From the IMG/VR virus record IMGVR_UViG_3300048496_000015: 60,844 bases of DNA, one strand, 5' to 3'. A model generated the notes under the pieces. That model was not told the origin of the DNA, searched no databases, and saw only the letters and a list, made by a program, of their open reading frames with translations. Positions within the stretch are counted from its first letter, which is position 1, and each line of letters begins with the position of its first letter. A program made the position numbers and the translations under genes. Shown here piece after piece: positions 29,576 through 38,460 of this stretch. The stretch is from a virus. Lineage: Duplodnaviria; Heunggongvirae; Uroviricota; Caudoviricetes.

Positions 29576-29903
29576 TATACAAGCAGAAGAATGGTTCTAA
29601 ATGCTTTGCTATTTCTTCAAAAGAGTCAGGCTTAGATAAGTCTATACGAGGCATTTCACCGTTCTCATCGAGAGTTCGCACTATAACAGCATTTGAGCCT
29701 TCAAATGCCAATATTTCCATTTGACATGCACGTGTTATATCATCTTTAGGCACTGCGCGGGTATATTCTAAACATAAGACTACACGATCGGGATCCTCAG
29801 CTGCAATTGATAAATAAACATTATCGGGGTCAGCAAACACGTAGTGTTCATTTAACCATGTCCCGATTATTTCCGGTAGGTGTTTTTCTATTGGATTTTC
29901 CAT
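29559..29903 (-). CDS. ADPxFF-family paralog (divergent)
   Basis: LPEIIGTWL / DLSKPDSFEEI. Confidence 0.7.
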   Translation of the reverse strand: MENPIEKHLPEIIGTWLNEHYVFADPDNVYLSIAAEDPDRVVLCLEYTRAVPKDDITRACQMEILAFEGSNAVIVRTLDENGEMPRIDLSKPDSFEEIAKHLEPFFCLYNGKRR

Positions 29904-30207
29904 TCTTCTTATTTAGATGGAAACGCCTACGCGACTTTTGTTGCCGCTTATTCTTCCGTCGCTGTTTTATATCTTCTTGATGTTCTTGATTGTGTTTACG
30001 TAATTTAGCTTTAATCTCTTCTGACATCGGTTTGGAAACGCCAAGAAGTTTTCGGATTATTAAATTCGCTTTATGGTCGCTACCTTCTTCTCGAGCCTCA
30101 ACAACTTTAACCCACGGATCTGCAGCTCTGCATTCGGGAGATTTCCAATGACCGAATAATTCACCAACATTTTTGGTGCGAAACTTCATGCAACGCCCGC
30201 AGATCAT
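29848..30207 (-). CDS. Hypothetical protein, N-terminal C2H/C Zn finger and basic tail
   Basis: CGRC...HWKSPEC; K/R-rich C-terminus. Confidence 0.65.
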   Translation of the reverse strand: MICGRCMKFRTKNVGELFGHWKSPECRAADPWVKVVEAREEGSDHKANLIIRKLLGVSKPMSEEIKAKLRKHNQEHQEDIKQRRKNKRQQKSRRRFHLNKKNGKSNRKTPTGNNRDMVK

Positions 30208-30485
30208 AAAAATTTCTTCTTAACGTAGCTTATAGATTGTTCAATCTTATCAAACAACTTCGGGTCAGTCGCATCAACTGATAACGGTCCATCCTCATGT
30301 TCTAATACTATCCAATGATCCCCTACCATTCCAAAATAATGGTCCCATTTATGATCGTATCGCTTAAGAGTGATTCCCAATTGATAATGGCCTGAACGGC
30401 GTGTCAAGAGTAATTCGCTGGAAGATTTAGTTCCCATCCAGACGGTTAGTAATCGATAAAGTGTAAGTTGCGTATCATTAATCAT
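30204..30485 (-). CDS. ADPxFF-family paralog
   Basis: LYRLLTVWM / DATDPKLFDKI. Confidence 0.75.
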   Translation of the reverse strand: MINDTQLTLYRLLTVWMGTKSSSELLLTRRSGHYQLGITLKRYDHKWDHYFGMVGDHWIVLEHEDGPLSVDATDPKLFDKIEQSISYVKKKFL

Positions 30486-30727
30486 CAGAATTTCTTTATG
30501 GATTCTTTAAGAAGAGCAAAAAAATCAGGGTTATCGGCATACAAAATCCGCTGTCCAGACTCATTTTCATATTTGAAATCAACGTGATTATCAATGACCC
30601 ATCCAATCCAAGTGCCTTCAATCCACATAGCTACAAGTTTTGACTCTTTAATGGGTGTGAAGATTAAGGTTGGATATTCATCTTTGGCCCAATCTCGAAT
30701 GAGTTGCCAGAGCTCCACTTTACTCAC
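30485..30727 (-). CDS. ADPxFF-family paralog (minimal, 80 aa)
   Basis: LWQLIRDWA / YADNPDFFALL. Confidence 0.75.
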   Translation of the reverse strand: MSKVELWQLIRDWAKDEYPTLIFTPIKESKLVAMWIEGTWIGWVIDNHVDFKYENESGQRILYADNPDFFALLKESIKKF

Positions 30728-31099
30728 TCACTTATCTACTGGGTCCTTCCTAGCGTCGAATGTCCAATGTTCTTTATTCTTGGCTTGATACCAATTTGTA
30801 TGCCTGAAGAGCGCATGTGTTAGACCTTGTTCGAGTTGTTCAAAGAATTTTGGATCAGCAGCTTGGATCTTTCGTTTGTTGTTTGTGTCATAGATGAATT
30901 CTATATTGTCATTATTAATTGCAGCAATGCGGCCATCCATATAACGGTCTTCAAACTTTACATCCCCAGTGGCGAAACGAGCGATATACTCCATAGTTGG
31001 TCTGATATGGCATAGACTTACTTCGACAATAGCCCAGTTATTTCGGGACAACCATTCCTGGACTATTTCTACTAGCGTTACGTTCATTGTTTTTAACAT
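30728..31099 (-). CDS. ADPxFF-family paralog
   Basis: LVEIVQEWL / QAADPKFFEQL. Confidence 0.8.
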   Translation of the reverse strand: MLKTMNVTLVEIVQEWLSRNNWAIVEVSLCHIRPTMEYIARFATGDVKFEDRYMDGRIAAINNDNIEFIYDTNNKRKIQAADPKFFEQLEQGLTHALFRHTNWYQAKNKEHWTFDARKDPVDK

Positions 31100-31850
31100 A
31101 AGAGATTAGGTTCTTAAGAAATTTGCTATAATCATCTCCCGCAGGTAGATTCTCGTCGGTTAGCAATCTGCGACGAATGGTCTTAACAGTCTTTTGAGTG
31201 ATTGGGTTATAGCCCTCATGCTCACGGTTTCCCCAATACATTGCCGTGCCATTCTTTTGCCATTTTGGGAGTTTGTCGTATTCAATACCATGCTCATCAA
31301 GTATAGCTAACTTCTCGGTATTAGTCCTGTTCTTCATATTAGAAGTCGCAGTCCTAGCAGATAAGTCTTTTCCGCGTAGTGTCCAATAACACCAGCTATT
31401 CAATGCGCACCGCTGAGCATCTGCTTGTCTCCATCTGAAATAGTCGATGACATTGAGACTACGAAGACCAACCCAGACTCGGCTATCAAAGTTTCCCTCT
31501 ATATCAGTAGCTTTAGTGAAAGCAGCACTAGCAATGCCAGCTGAAACAGAGACTGTTTTTTCAGCTCTACGATTGAACATATCCCAACTACGGGGGAACA
31601 AGATAGAGATTTCATCACTCTCAGTGTATGCATAAGCGCCCCCTAATTGCTCCATCAGGGCAGTAGTGGCAGTCAGCATATGATGATGAAGAGTGACATC
31701 GAATGGCTTCATGTAGTGTTTTTCTGTCAGCGCTGAGAAGCTTCTTCCGTCTATCCTCAAGATTATCCAAGTTTCAGGTGCAATCTTGGTACGACTGAAG
31801 ACTTCCATTTTCTTCATTTGTTCGGACAGATCATCGAATTTCATCACCAT
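31038..31850 (-). CDS. thg1: tRNA(His) guanylyltransferase / Thg1-like 3'-5' polymerase
   Basis: 'ILRIDGRSFS', 'KPFD', 'YTESDEISILF', 'FDSRV', 'YFRWRQADA'. Confidence 0.93.
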   Translation of the reverse strand: MVMKFDDLSEQMKKMEVFSRTKIAPETWIILRIDGRSFSALTEKHYMKPFDVTLHHHMLTATTALMEQLGGAYAYTESDEISILFPRSWDMFNRRAEKTVSVSAGIASAAFTKATDIEGNFDSRVWVGLRSLNVIDYFRWRQADAQRCALNSWCYWTLRGKDLSARTATSNMKNRTNTEKLAILDEHGIEYDKLPKWQKNGTAMYWGNREHEGYNPITQKTVKTIRRRLLTDENLPAGDDYSKFLKNLISYVKNNERNASRNSPGMVVPK

Positions 31851-32421
31851 TCTCCAGGTAGTTTCGAATCTTCATAAAGATTTCTGCTTGTTCTATAGCA
31901 TCATCTAATGCATTATGTGTATGCGGTTTCTTCGAGAGAAATCGCTTCTCCATATTACGCTTTGTTGTATCCGACCACCTTTTTTTTCGCAAGGCCCCCA
32001 TATAGTACGCTTTGATATCTAGCCCAGAAATGCCAAATGGGTTATTTCCTATAAAGTGGTGGAAATACCAACTTACCCACGACCAATCGAACGATGCGTT
32101 AAATGCAACAAGTACAGGACGACTATTGTCTTTATTAGAAACAGTGCCGAGCCAGGACGAAAAGTTATACATCGCTGTTTTCGGGTCTTGACCCTTGGCA
32201 ATCAAGTAATCTCGTTCTAATCCCGACACAGCTAAAGCTCTGGGGTCCCATTTATCACTAATAGGTTTAAGCTCAGCGTAGTAATTGCGGCCAGGATCAT
32301 CCGCTACACAAGCCCCAACAGAGGCCATAGAATAATCACCAGGTATCTGGCCATCCGCCTCTATATCAACTGAAATCCAAACATCATTACGCATATACCA
32401 TACCTCACCTCTAAAATACAT
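31831..32421 (-). CDS. DEDDh 3'-5' exonuclease
   Basis: 'ISVDIEADG', 'AFNASFDW', 'HTHNALDDAIEQA'. Confidence 0.9.
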   Translation of the reverse strand: MYFRGEVWYMRNDVWISVDIEADGQIPGDYSMASVGACVADDPGRNYYAELKPISDKWDPRALAVSGLERDYLIAKGQDPKTAMYNFSSWLGTVSNKDNSRPVLVAFNASFDWSWVSWYFHHFIGNNPFGISGLDIKAYYMGALRKKRWSDTTKRNMEKRFLSKKPHTHNALDDAIEQAEIFMKIRNYLENGDEIR

Positions 32422-32424
32422 TGG

Positions 32425-32763
32425 ATGTATCGTTCGATATTCGAATGGGAAGGCTTAAATACTGACGCTAGGTTAGTAGCTTCTCTAGTCGATCAAGCCA
32501 TAGAAAAGAGCGGCGTGGATATGACCGTTCAATTTATGAGAAGTGGATTCTATATCTTCTTGTATATGCGTGGACACACCGGAACTTGGAATTTTGAATG
32601 GAACACTAAGGAACCAGGCTACATTGATACTGGAATATCTCACATCCCAATAGCGGACCCAGATTGTATACAAGCTCTAACTATTGAAGTATATAAGGCT
32701 AAAATCCTGATGTTGCAGTTCTGTGGATGTAATAATTGCAGCGATCAAGATAAGCCAAGATGA
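32425..32763 (+). CDS. Hypothetical protein, possible distant ADPxFF relative
   Basis: C-terminal 'IPIADPDCIQAL'. Confidence 0.6.
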   Translation: MYRSIFEWEGLNTDARLVASLVDQAIEKSGVDMTVQFMRSGFYIFLYMRGHTGTWNFEWNTKEPGYIDTGISHIPIADPDCIQALTIEVYKAKILMLQFCGCNNCSDQDKPR

Positions 32764-33596
32764 TAGATTTGATACTCGAAAAACGAGACACTCATCCATT
32801 TTTGAAATGGTATGAAGAAGTCTTAATTCGATCTGAATATTTTAATGTCCGTCGAGAAGAACACCCTGAAAATACCGAATATCTTGAATATCATAAGAAA
32901 TTATATCAAGATGATCTCTGGCAGACAAAACATGGCTCATTAAGTTTCTTGCGTATAGCTGGTAAGTTAATTGTTTTGGATCTTTTTGCATTTCCAGATC
33001 ATTCATATCAATTGTGTAAATCAGGTCTATTCAATGATATCAAACCGGATTTTTGGATCTCATATGATCCAAGTCCTAAGATAGAACGCTTATTAGGATG
33101 CCCTGCCAAACCGTGGATAATGTTCCCTGCAGGATGGGAAGCCGTTAATAAATTTCGTTGGTCAGGAAACTGGACTTATACTGGTATCATTACTTCAGGC
33201 CAAAATAGCATCAGACGGATGAGACGTATATCGTGGGTTAGGAAAGCTGAATCTCTTGGTGATTTCTATTGTACAAGACGTCAAATTAGGCAATCTAGAT
33301 ATCTGAGATTGTTAGCTCGCAGCAAATGGGGGCTTATCATATCTCATAAAGGTCTGAAGAACACAAGAGAATATGAGTTTCCATCCTGTGGTATCCCTAT
33401 GGCTATGAATTATCAACCAATCTATGAATATCCGTTCTATCCAAATGAACACTACGTCTTATTAAATAAGCCTAATGATTTAGAAAAATTACGTGATATC
33501 GATGCGCATTATTATGCTAGACAATCAAGATGGATTTGGGATCATTATTTGCGACCAGACAAGGCTGCGGCGTTATTGTTGCGGATGATAGATTGA
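32760..33596 (+). CDS. Glycosyltransferase-like protein (CgeB / Glyco_trans_1_2-type C-terminus)
   Basis: 'YLRLLARSKWGL...NTREYEFPSCGIP...FYPNEHYV'. Confidence 0.6.
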   Translation: MIDLILEKRDTHPFLKWYEEVLIRSEYFNVRREEHPENTEYLEYHKKLYQDDLWQTKHGSLSFLRIAGKLIVLDLFAFPDHSYQLCKSGLFNDIKPDFWISYDPSPKIERLLGCPAKPWIMFPAGWEAVNKFRWSGNWTYTGIITSGQNSIRRMRRISWVRKAESLGDFYCTRRQIRQSRYLRLLARSKWGLIISHKGLKNTREYEFPSCGIPMAMNYQPIYEYPFYPNEHYVLLNKPNDLEKLRDIDAHYYARQSRWIWDHYLRPDKAAALLLRMID

Positions 33597-33962
33597 ATGG
33601 CACGGACACTCGTTAGGACAACAACAATGTTGGTCAAGCATTGATTGCACGGATTCAAGAAAATGACCTTCGTAATTCTGAATAAGCATTTGATTCATCA
33701 AATAAATCATTCGGATCAATGCTCTGTTTTCTTTCCGTAAGGTAATGACCTGCCATTCGAGATTCTTGATTTGAGTCATCCCTTTCTCACCAGCATCACA
33801 TTGTAGGACTGCCTGGCAGAAATTGATTAAACCCCGAAGGCTTTCCTCTTTATAGGGACAAACCGCGTCATGTGTTTCACATTTTTCGACCAGATGCTTT
33901 AAAGCTCTTCGCAATAAAGTTGATGATGCTTCGGTTCGACTAATTTCAGGGTCTTCGCTCAT
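33573..33962 (-). CDS. Hypothetical protein, Cys-rich ends
   Basis: 129-aa ORF. Confidence 0.6.
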   Translation of the reverse strand: MSEDPEISRTEASSTLLRRALKHLVEKCETHDAVCPYKEESLRGLINFCQAVLQCDAGEKGMTQIKNLEWQVITLRKENRALIRMIYLMNQMLIQNYEGHFLESVQSMLDQHCCCPNECPCHSIYHPQQ

Positions 33963-34875
33963 CCTTGGTCGCTCGGTACCACTCGATGGTTCGTTTCAAC
34001 CCGTCATGTAATTCTGTCTTAGCTTTGAAACCAAATTCTTTTGTCGCACGGGTTGCATCAATACATCTGCGTGGTTGACCATCTGGTTTAGATGTATCCC
34101 AGTTGATCTTGCCTTTGAAATCGTAGAGTGACCCAATTGTTTCAACAAGCGATTTAATCGATGTTTCTGTCCCAGTACCTACGTTGATAAGTTCAGAATG
34201 TTCCAGCTTATCTAGAGCCCGTAGAACAGCATCGCCAAAGTCTCGAGCATATAGAAATTCACGAGATGCTGAACCGGTTCCCCAGATCGTTACATCCCCA
34301 CCGCTTGCTGTAGCTTCATCGAATTTCCTAATCAAGGCTGGAATCACATGTGAATTCTCAGGATCACAATGATCATAAGGCCCATACATATTTACAGGGA
34401 TAAGATTACAAATCTTCATTCCGTGCTGTTTAGCATAAGCTTGTGCCCCTATTAACGAATTCAACTTAGCCACACCATAAGCACGATTGGTTGGTTCCGG
34501 CATACCATGACGCATTAAATCTTCTTCTTTAAAGGGGACAGGACAATGTTTGGCATAAGAACATACAGTACCAACCATCACTAATTTTTGGATCTTGGTA
34601 CGAAGTGCAGCATCTAGAACCGTATGTGAAATCTGCGTAGTCGCCGCCCATAGAGTGGCTGGGATTTTTTGGTTTAGGCCAATGCCGCCGCAGTCAGCAG
34701 CCAAGTTTACGAGGTGAGTGATTTTGTTGTCTTTAATCCAGTCTGTTAAATTCTCCAGATTAGTGGCATCAACGCCTAAGCGGCGGCTCCCACCACAATG
34801 GGGAACATTGCGCTCCCACAATACTTCCATAAGATTGGAACCAATAAAGCCTGTAGATCCAAGAACACCAATCAT
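33946..34875 (-). CDS. fcl: GDP-L-fucose synthase (extended SDR)
   Basis: 'GSTGFIGS', 'LAADCGGIGLN', 'PEPTNRAYGVAK', 'NMYGPYD', 'HVIPALIRKF', 'WGTGSASREFLY'. Confidence 0.92.
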   Translation of the reverse strand: MIGVLGSTGFIGSNLMEVLWERNVPHCGGSRRLGVDATNLENLTDWIKDNKITHLVNLAADCGGIGLNQKIPATLWAATTQISHTVLDAALRTKIQKLVMVGTVCSYAKHCPVPFKEEDLMRHGMPEPTNRAYGVAKLNSLIGAQAYAKQHGMKICNLIPVNMYGPYDHCDPENSHVIPALIRKFDEATASGGDVTIWGTGSASREFLYARDFGDAVLRALDKLEHSELINVGTGTETSIKSLVETIGSLYDFKGKINWDTSKPDGQPRRCIDATRATKEFGFKAKTELHDGLKRTIEWYRATKDERRP

Positions 34876-34909
34876 TTTACTTTACCTCTGCTTCACCTTT
34901 ATATAATAT

Positions 34910-35629
34910 ATGAGATTTGTTATCGTAGCGTTGATGGCATTATTGGGGAGTATTACTCTTATTGGTCAATTATATGTAGTACCAGTATCCACTCCTGTGC
35001 CAGAGATCACAAACGATATCCAATCTTTGTATAGGAGTACTGTTTGGATCGGGATCGACAAACCCAATATTAAAGGTATATCCCCAACCTTCTTAATGAC
35101 TGGTTGGTCGCTGTTGAATAAGGATGGACGTAGTTATATTGTTACAGCCGCCCACGGAGTTGCTTACAATAAAACTGATCTAATAATAGGTTATTGGTTA
35201 GGTGGCGGGACATGGACTATTGTGCCTGCCAAAATTGAAGGTGCATTTTATGGTCATCAAGGTGGTGATATTGCTATCTTGTCTGTCCCTGTTGTTATTC
35301 CACCTCTTCCAATTAAAGGCCCATCTCATTTTTCAAAGGATGATGAGATTCTCGTTGGTGGTATTCAACACGATTTAATTGGTAAGCGTGTAACACCCGC
35401 TCGTGTAACAGTTGGGAAAATTATACAGACCAACACATTGAGCCATACATTTACTATTAATGGCTGGGCTTGGAATGGATTCAGCGGCGGTCCGGTTTTA
35501 CATCGACCAACCAAATCAGTGATTGGATTTATTAGTCATTCACCTAAAAGTCACGCTCATAACGCTACGCGGACTGTGTGCATGGATGCAACACGAATTA
35601 GTGCTTTGATTCTTGATTTGGGGTTGTAA
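34910..35629 (+). CDS. Exported trypsin-like serine protease
   Basis: N-terminal signal/TM; triad 'VTAAHG', 'GDIAIL', 'GFSGGP'. Confidence 0.85.
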   Translation: MRFVIVALMALLGSITLIGQLYVVPVSTPVPEITNDIQSLYRSTVWIGIDKPNIKGISPTFLMTGWSLLNKDGRSYIVTAAHGVAYNKTDLIIGYWLGGGTWTIVPAKIEGAFYGHQGGDIAILSVPVVIPPLPIKGPSHFSKDDEILVGGIQHDLIGKRVTPARVTVGKIIQTNTLSHTFTINGWAWNGFSGGPVLHRPTKSVIGFISHSPKSHAHNATRTVCMDATRISALILDLGL

Positions 35630-36245
35630 ACGTTGCGTTATTGAAGCTCGTAGTGTCGAAGACATATCCAAAAGGCTTCAACTTCTTCTTCAGAACTTCT
35701 AATCCGACGTGTGGATATTCTACACAGAAGACTTTAGGAATGACAGCACTCCCTTCCATCCCTTCTATTACTTCTATTTCGTGACCCTCAACATCAAGAA
35801 CCATTAGGTCGATTTCCCCCAGATTCATAGTATATATCAAATCCGAGAATCGTACAGTTTCAACATCAAATTCTTCAAATTTACAGCCTTCTTGTTTTAA
35901 AGATTTTAAATGCTTATCATTATGTGAAATCGAGCCATTTCCAAACATCTGTCCTATTGTTGGGGATACGGCTTGTTTAAAGCGTGTAATTCCATTTTTG
36001 TTCGATAGAGCTTTTTTGATATTAGTCGCCTTTGGACGATTCTTAATCAACCTATCATAGATGTATGGAACAGGTTCGAAATTGATTCCCCACCATTCCA
36101 TTGATTCTTCGAAGAATTTACAAGAACTTTCAAGAACCCCATCGAAGGCTCCACATTCAACGAAGACTCCCTGTTTGCGGTTTTTGAAGTATCGCTCCCA
36201 TAGAAACTTGTCAACCGGTGGATTCCACTGACCATAAAATTTCAT
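35598..36245 (-). CDS. FkbM-family methyltransferase
   Basis: 'FVECGAFDG', 'GINFEP', 'DLMVLDVEGHE'. Confidence 0.9.
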   Translation of the reverse strand: MKFYGQWNPPVDKFLWERYFKNRKQGVFVECGAFDGVLESSCKFFEESMEWWGINFEPVPYIYDRLIKNRPKATNIKKALSNKNGITRFKQAVSPTIGQMFGNGSISHNDKHLKSLKQEGCKFEEFDVETVRFSDLIYTMNLGEIDLMVLDVEGHEIEVIEGMEGSAVIPKVFCVEYPHVGLEVLKKKLKPFGYVFDTTSFNNATFTTPNQESKH

Positions 36246-36270
36246 AACATTATTTATTCAGAAATACAGT

Positions 36271-36588
36271 ATGAGGAAGAAACCAGGACTGGCTTACTAC
36301 TCAGTCCATCGTAAACACTTCTGTGTCTCTGTCGGGGATATGAAATATAAGGACCTAACAACTGGAGAAGAATTCGAAGAGCTGGACAGCAATGCGATTA
36401 GGCATGTTGTGCCGGAGGATTTACTGGATTCTACAATTCTAGTAGAAATGTCAGATAAAGATCACTACATTCGTGTCTCATATAAAGAGATTGATTCTAC
36501 TAAAGATGTAGGCGATCTCGTGTCTATAGACCTGGACAAGGATGGGCACGTAGTCGGTATTAAATGCAACTACCCGTGGCCCGCTTAG
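36271..36588 (+). CDS. Hypothetical protein with DUF2283-like C-terminus
   Basis: 'GDLVSIDLDKDGHVVGI'. Confidence 0.5.
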   Translation: MRKKPGLAYYSVHRKHFCVSVGDMKYKDLTTGEEFEELDSNAIRHVVPEDLLDSTILVEMSDKDHYIRVSYKEIDSTKDVGDLVSIDLDKDGHVVGIKCNYPWPA

Positions 36589-37382
36589 AGCGAGACCTTA
36601 ACGTCCCAGCGCTTTATACCCAACTGAACACGAATCGCACCTCGAACTGCGGGTGGGAACCCTGCACGCTCAGCGTATGATTCGTTCCAATTGAGGAAAC
36701 ATCCTGTGACGCCATAAGCCCGCTTCCGCTCAATTGGAGCAGCCGCGCCATGTGGCCAAGACCAGTAGCCGTCTTCATAAACGAGTTTCTTGTGATGGTG
36801 ACCCATCAAGTAGACGTCTGCGTGATGAGAATCAGCCTGCGTACGACATTTCTTTAGGGCCGATTCTGGCGTAGCACCACCACCCGAGCCGTGCCAAGAG
36901 TGAATTTTATAAGTCTGCTGACCAACATGTAGTTTTGTAAATGCCATCCATCGACCCCACTTCGGGCCAGCACTTTCTTTCTTAGTCCCCTTTACCATGT
37001 TGTTCAAGAAGACATTCATCTGTTGAGCTTGCGATATACCAGTCTTAGCCTCTGATCTCCACCAGTGATTTGAATCCTGTGTGAGCAGAAGTTTACCAGC
37101 TTTTGTAACAGGTTCCCAATAATCAAGTGCACCCTGGAACTGTTCTGCGGGAGGCATGTTCTGGTCCCACATCATACTATTGTGCTTCTCATCACCAGGG
37201 AGTGCGTTCTCAGTGTCATCACCCAAGCTAATGGCGTATGTGTTAGGAGTCTTCAGGATATAATCCCTATAATCCAAAGCCTTCTGTTGATCATAACCTC
37301 TGTGACCAATGTGTAGACAAGAGATTACAAAAATCTGGATGCTGTCACCCTTCGGCTTCAAACTAATTTCGTGTGATCTCAT
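36585..37382 (-). CDS. Calcineurin-like metallophosphoesterase
   Basis: 'SCLHIGH' (DxH with D to C), 'LGDDTEN', 'SNH', 'HSWHG', 'MGHHH'. Confidence 0.8.
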   Translation of the reverse strand: MRSHEISLKPKGDSIQIFVISCLHIGHRGYDQQKALDYRDYILKTPNTYAISLGDDTENALPGDEKHNSMMWDQNMPPAEQFQGALDYWEPVTKAGKLLLTQDSNHWWRSEAKTGISQAQQMNVFLNNMVKGTKKESAGPKWGRWMAFTKLHVGQQTYKIHSWHGSGGGATPESALKKCRTQADSHHADVYLMGHHHKKLVYEDGYWSWPHGAAAPIERKRAYGVTGCFLNWNESYAERAGFPPAVRGAIRVQLGIKRWDVKVSL

Positions 37383-37401
37383 GCAATAAAATCTCCGTCA
37401 A

Positions 37402-37824
37402 TTAACGTGTTGATTTCTTTGTTTTTACTTGATTAGCTTTGAGTGAATTTAAGAATGTTTTCAGTTGCTCTCGCACCTGTTCTAGCGTCAAATTCACTAT
37501 TGTCGTGGGCATTAAAGGCACGAGACGCCAACCTTCAACGGCAAATTCTTTACTCTTGCGCGCGACATCGCCTCTACTTCTGTGAAAGAATATTGCAAAT
37601 TTGTATTTTGGAAAGGTGAAATGAGCAGTGGCAGACCCAGTAACTCCTGGACAATCATATTCAAGGCATAGGTCTTCACATGCTTGACGTATGAGGTCAA
37701 ATTCTTTACCAGTTGTACGAAAATTAGATAATGATTTTCGAATGTTGCTTGGAACTTCGGGACCGTAACTCTTCTTAACTTGAAAGATATTACCTGCGGC
37801 CATTTCATCTCCCTTGCTAAACAC
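37402..37824 (-). CDS. Hypothetical protein, possibly degenerate Vsr/DUF559-like nuclease fold
   Basis: Weak similarity ('HFTFPKYKFAIFF...GWRLV'). Confidence 0.35.
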   Translation of the reverse strand: MFSKGDEMAAGNIFQVKKSYGPEVPSNIRKSLSNFRTTGKEFDLIRQACEDLCLEYDCPGVTGSATAHFTFPKYKFAIFFHRSRGDVARKSKEFAVEGWRLVPLMPTTIVNLTLEQVREQLKTFLNSLKANQVKTKKSTR

Positions 37825-37827
37825 GAT

Positions 37828-38460
37828 CTAGTTACTACTCGTAGACAATTCAAGTAACCGATGTGACCATTCTAATACTCGAGCTGGTTTTGATGCTGGC
37901 ACGTTTACAAATGAAATTTCTCGACCAAACATTCCCCAAACGATACCGCGTGCAAAGACATAACGACCATTTTTACTATAACGATATCCCGGATCGTGTT
38001 TGCACGTGTTCATATCTGTACCGTCTAATGTACACGTGACCTTTACAAGTTCGAAGCTAATTGATAAACTATTAAACAACCCATTTTTAATTCGTTGCAT
38101 CGCATTTGCATCTAAAATTTTAAAAATTGTCTCCAAATAGTGAAGTTCACGTTCTTCATCATATCGAATATCAGCTTTGATTACAACTCCAACTGACATG
38201 TATGGATTACCTTTTTCATGAGCTAACAACACAGGTTTTCCAATAAACGATCCTGCGCTTTCTCTTATTGCTTCTTCAGTTATCCAAAAGCGACGATCTA
38301 TGTGCCCTTCGTATACCGATGCTGTTCTAACGTATAATGGTGTTAGTGGTTCATAAGTGAAGTCATGATAAACGTAAAGGGCTGAAATTGATAAAAGACC
38401 TGATAGAACAACAACTGCAAACACAAAGAACCATGCTTTTGGACGGGGAGGTCGCTCCAT
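37828..38460 (-). CDS. Phage prohead (HK97/assemblin-type) protease-like protein with N-terminal membrane anchor
   Basis: 'FIGKPVLLAHE', 'SLSISF', 'REISFVNVPA'; N-terminal AWFFVFAVVVLSGLLSISALYVY. Confidence 0.7.
   Translation of the reverse strand: MERPPRPKAWFFVFAVVVLSGLLSISALYVYHDFTYEPLTPLYVRTASVYEGHIDRRFWITEEAIRESAGSFIGKPVLLAHEKGNPYMSVGVVIKADIRYDEERELHYLETIFKILDANAMQRIKNGLFNSLSISFELVKVTCTLDGTDMNTCKHDPGYRYSKNGRYVFARGIVWGMFGREISFVNVPASKPARVLEWSHRLLELSTSSN

Noticed and set aside
29848-30207. 'RAADPW' as an ADPxFF family member
   Set aside because: Motif sits near the N-terminus, lacks FF..L and the N-terminal helix, and the protein has a different architecture
19622-31099. Array as CRISPR or a nucleotide tandem repeat
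   Set aside because: No identical DNA repeats with fixed-length spacers; conservation is at protein level, and the recurrent GATC simply encodes Asp-Pro
19141-31099. Diversity-generating retroelement as the source of array diversity or the A-free tract
   Set aside because: No reverse transcriptase, Avd or near-identical TR/VR pair differing only at adenines in this window; kept only as a hypothesis to test on the rest of the genome
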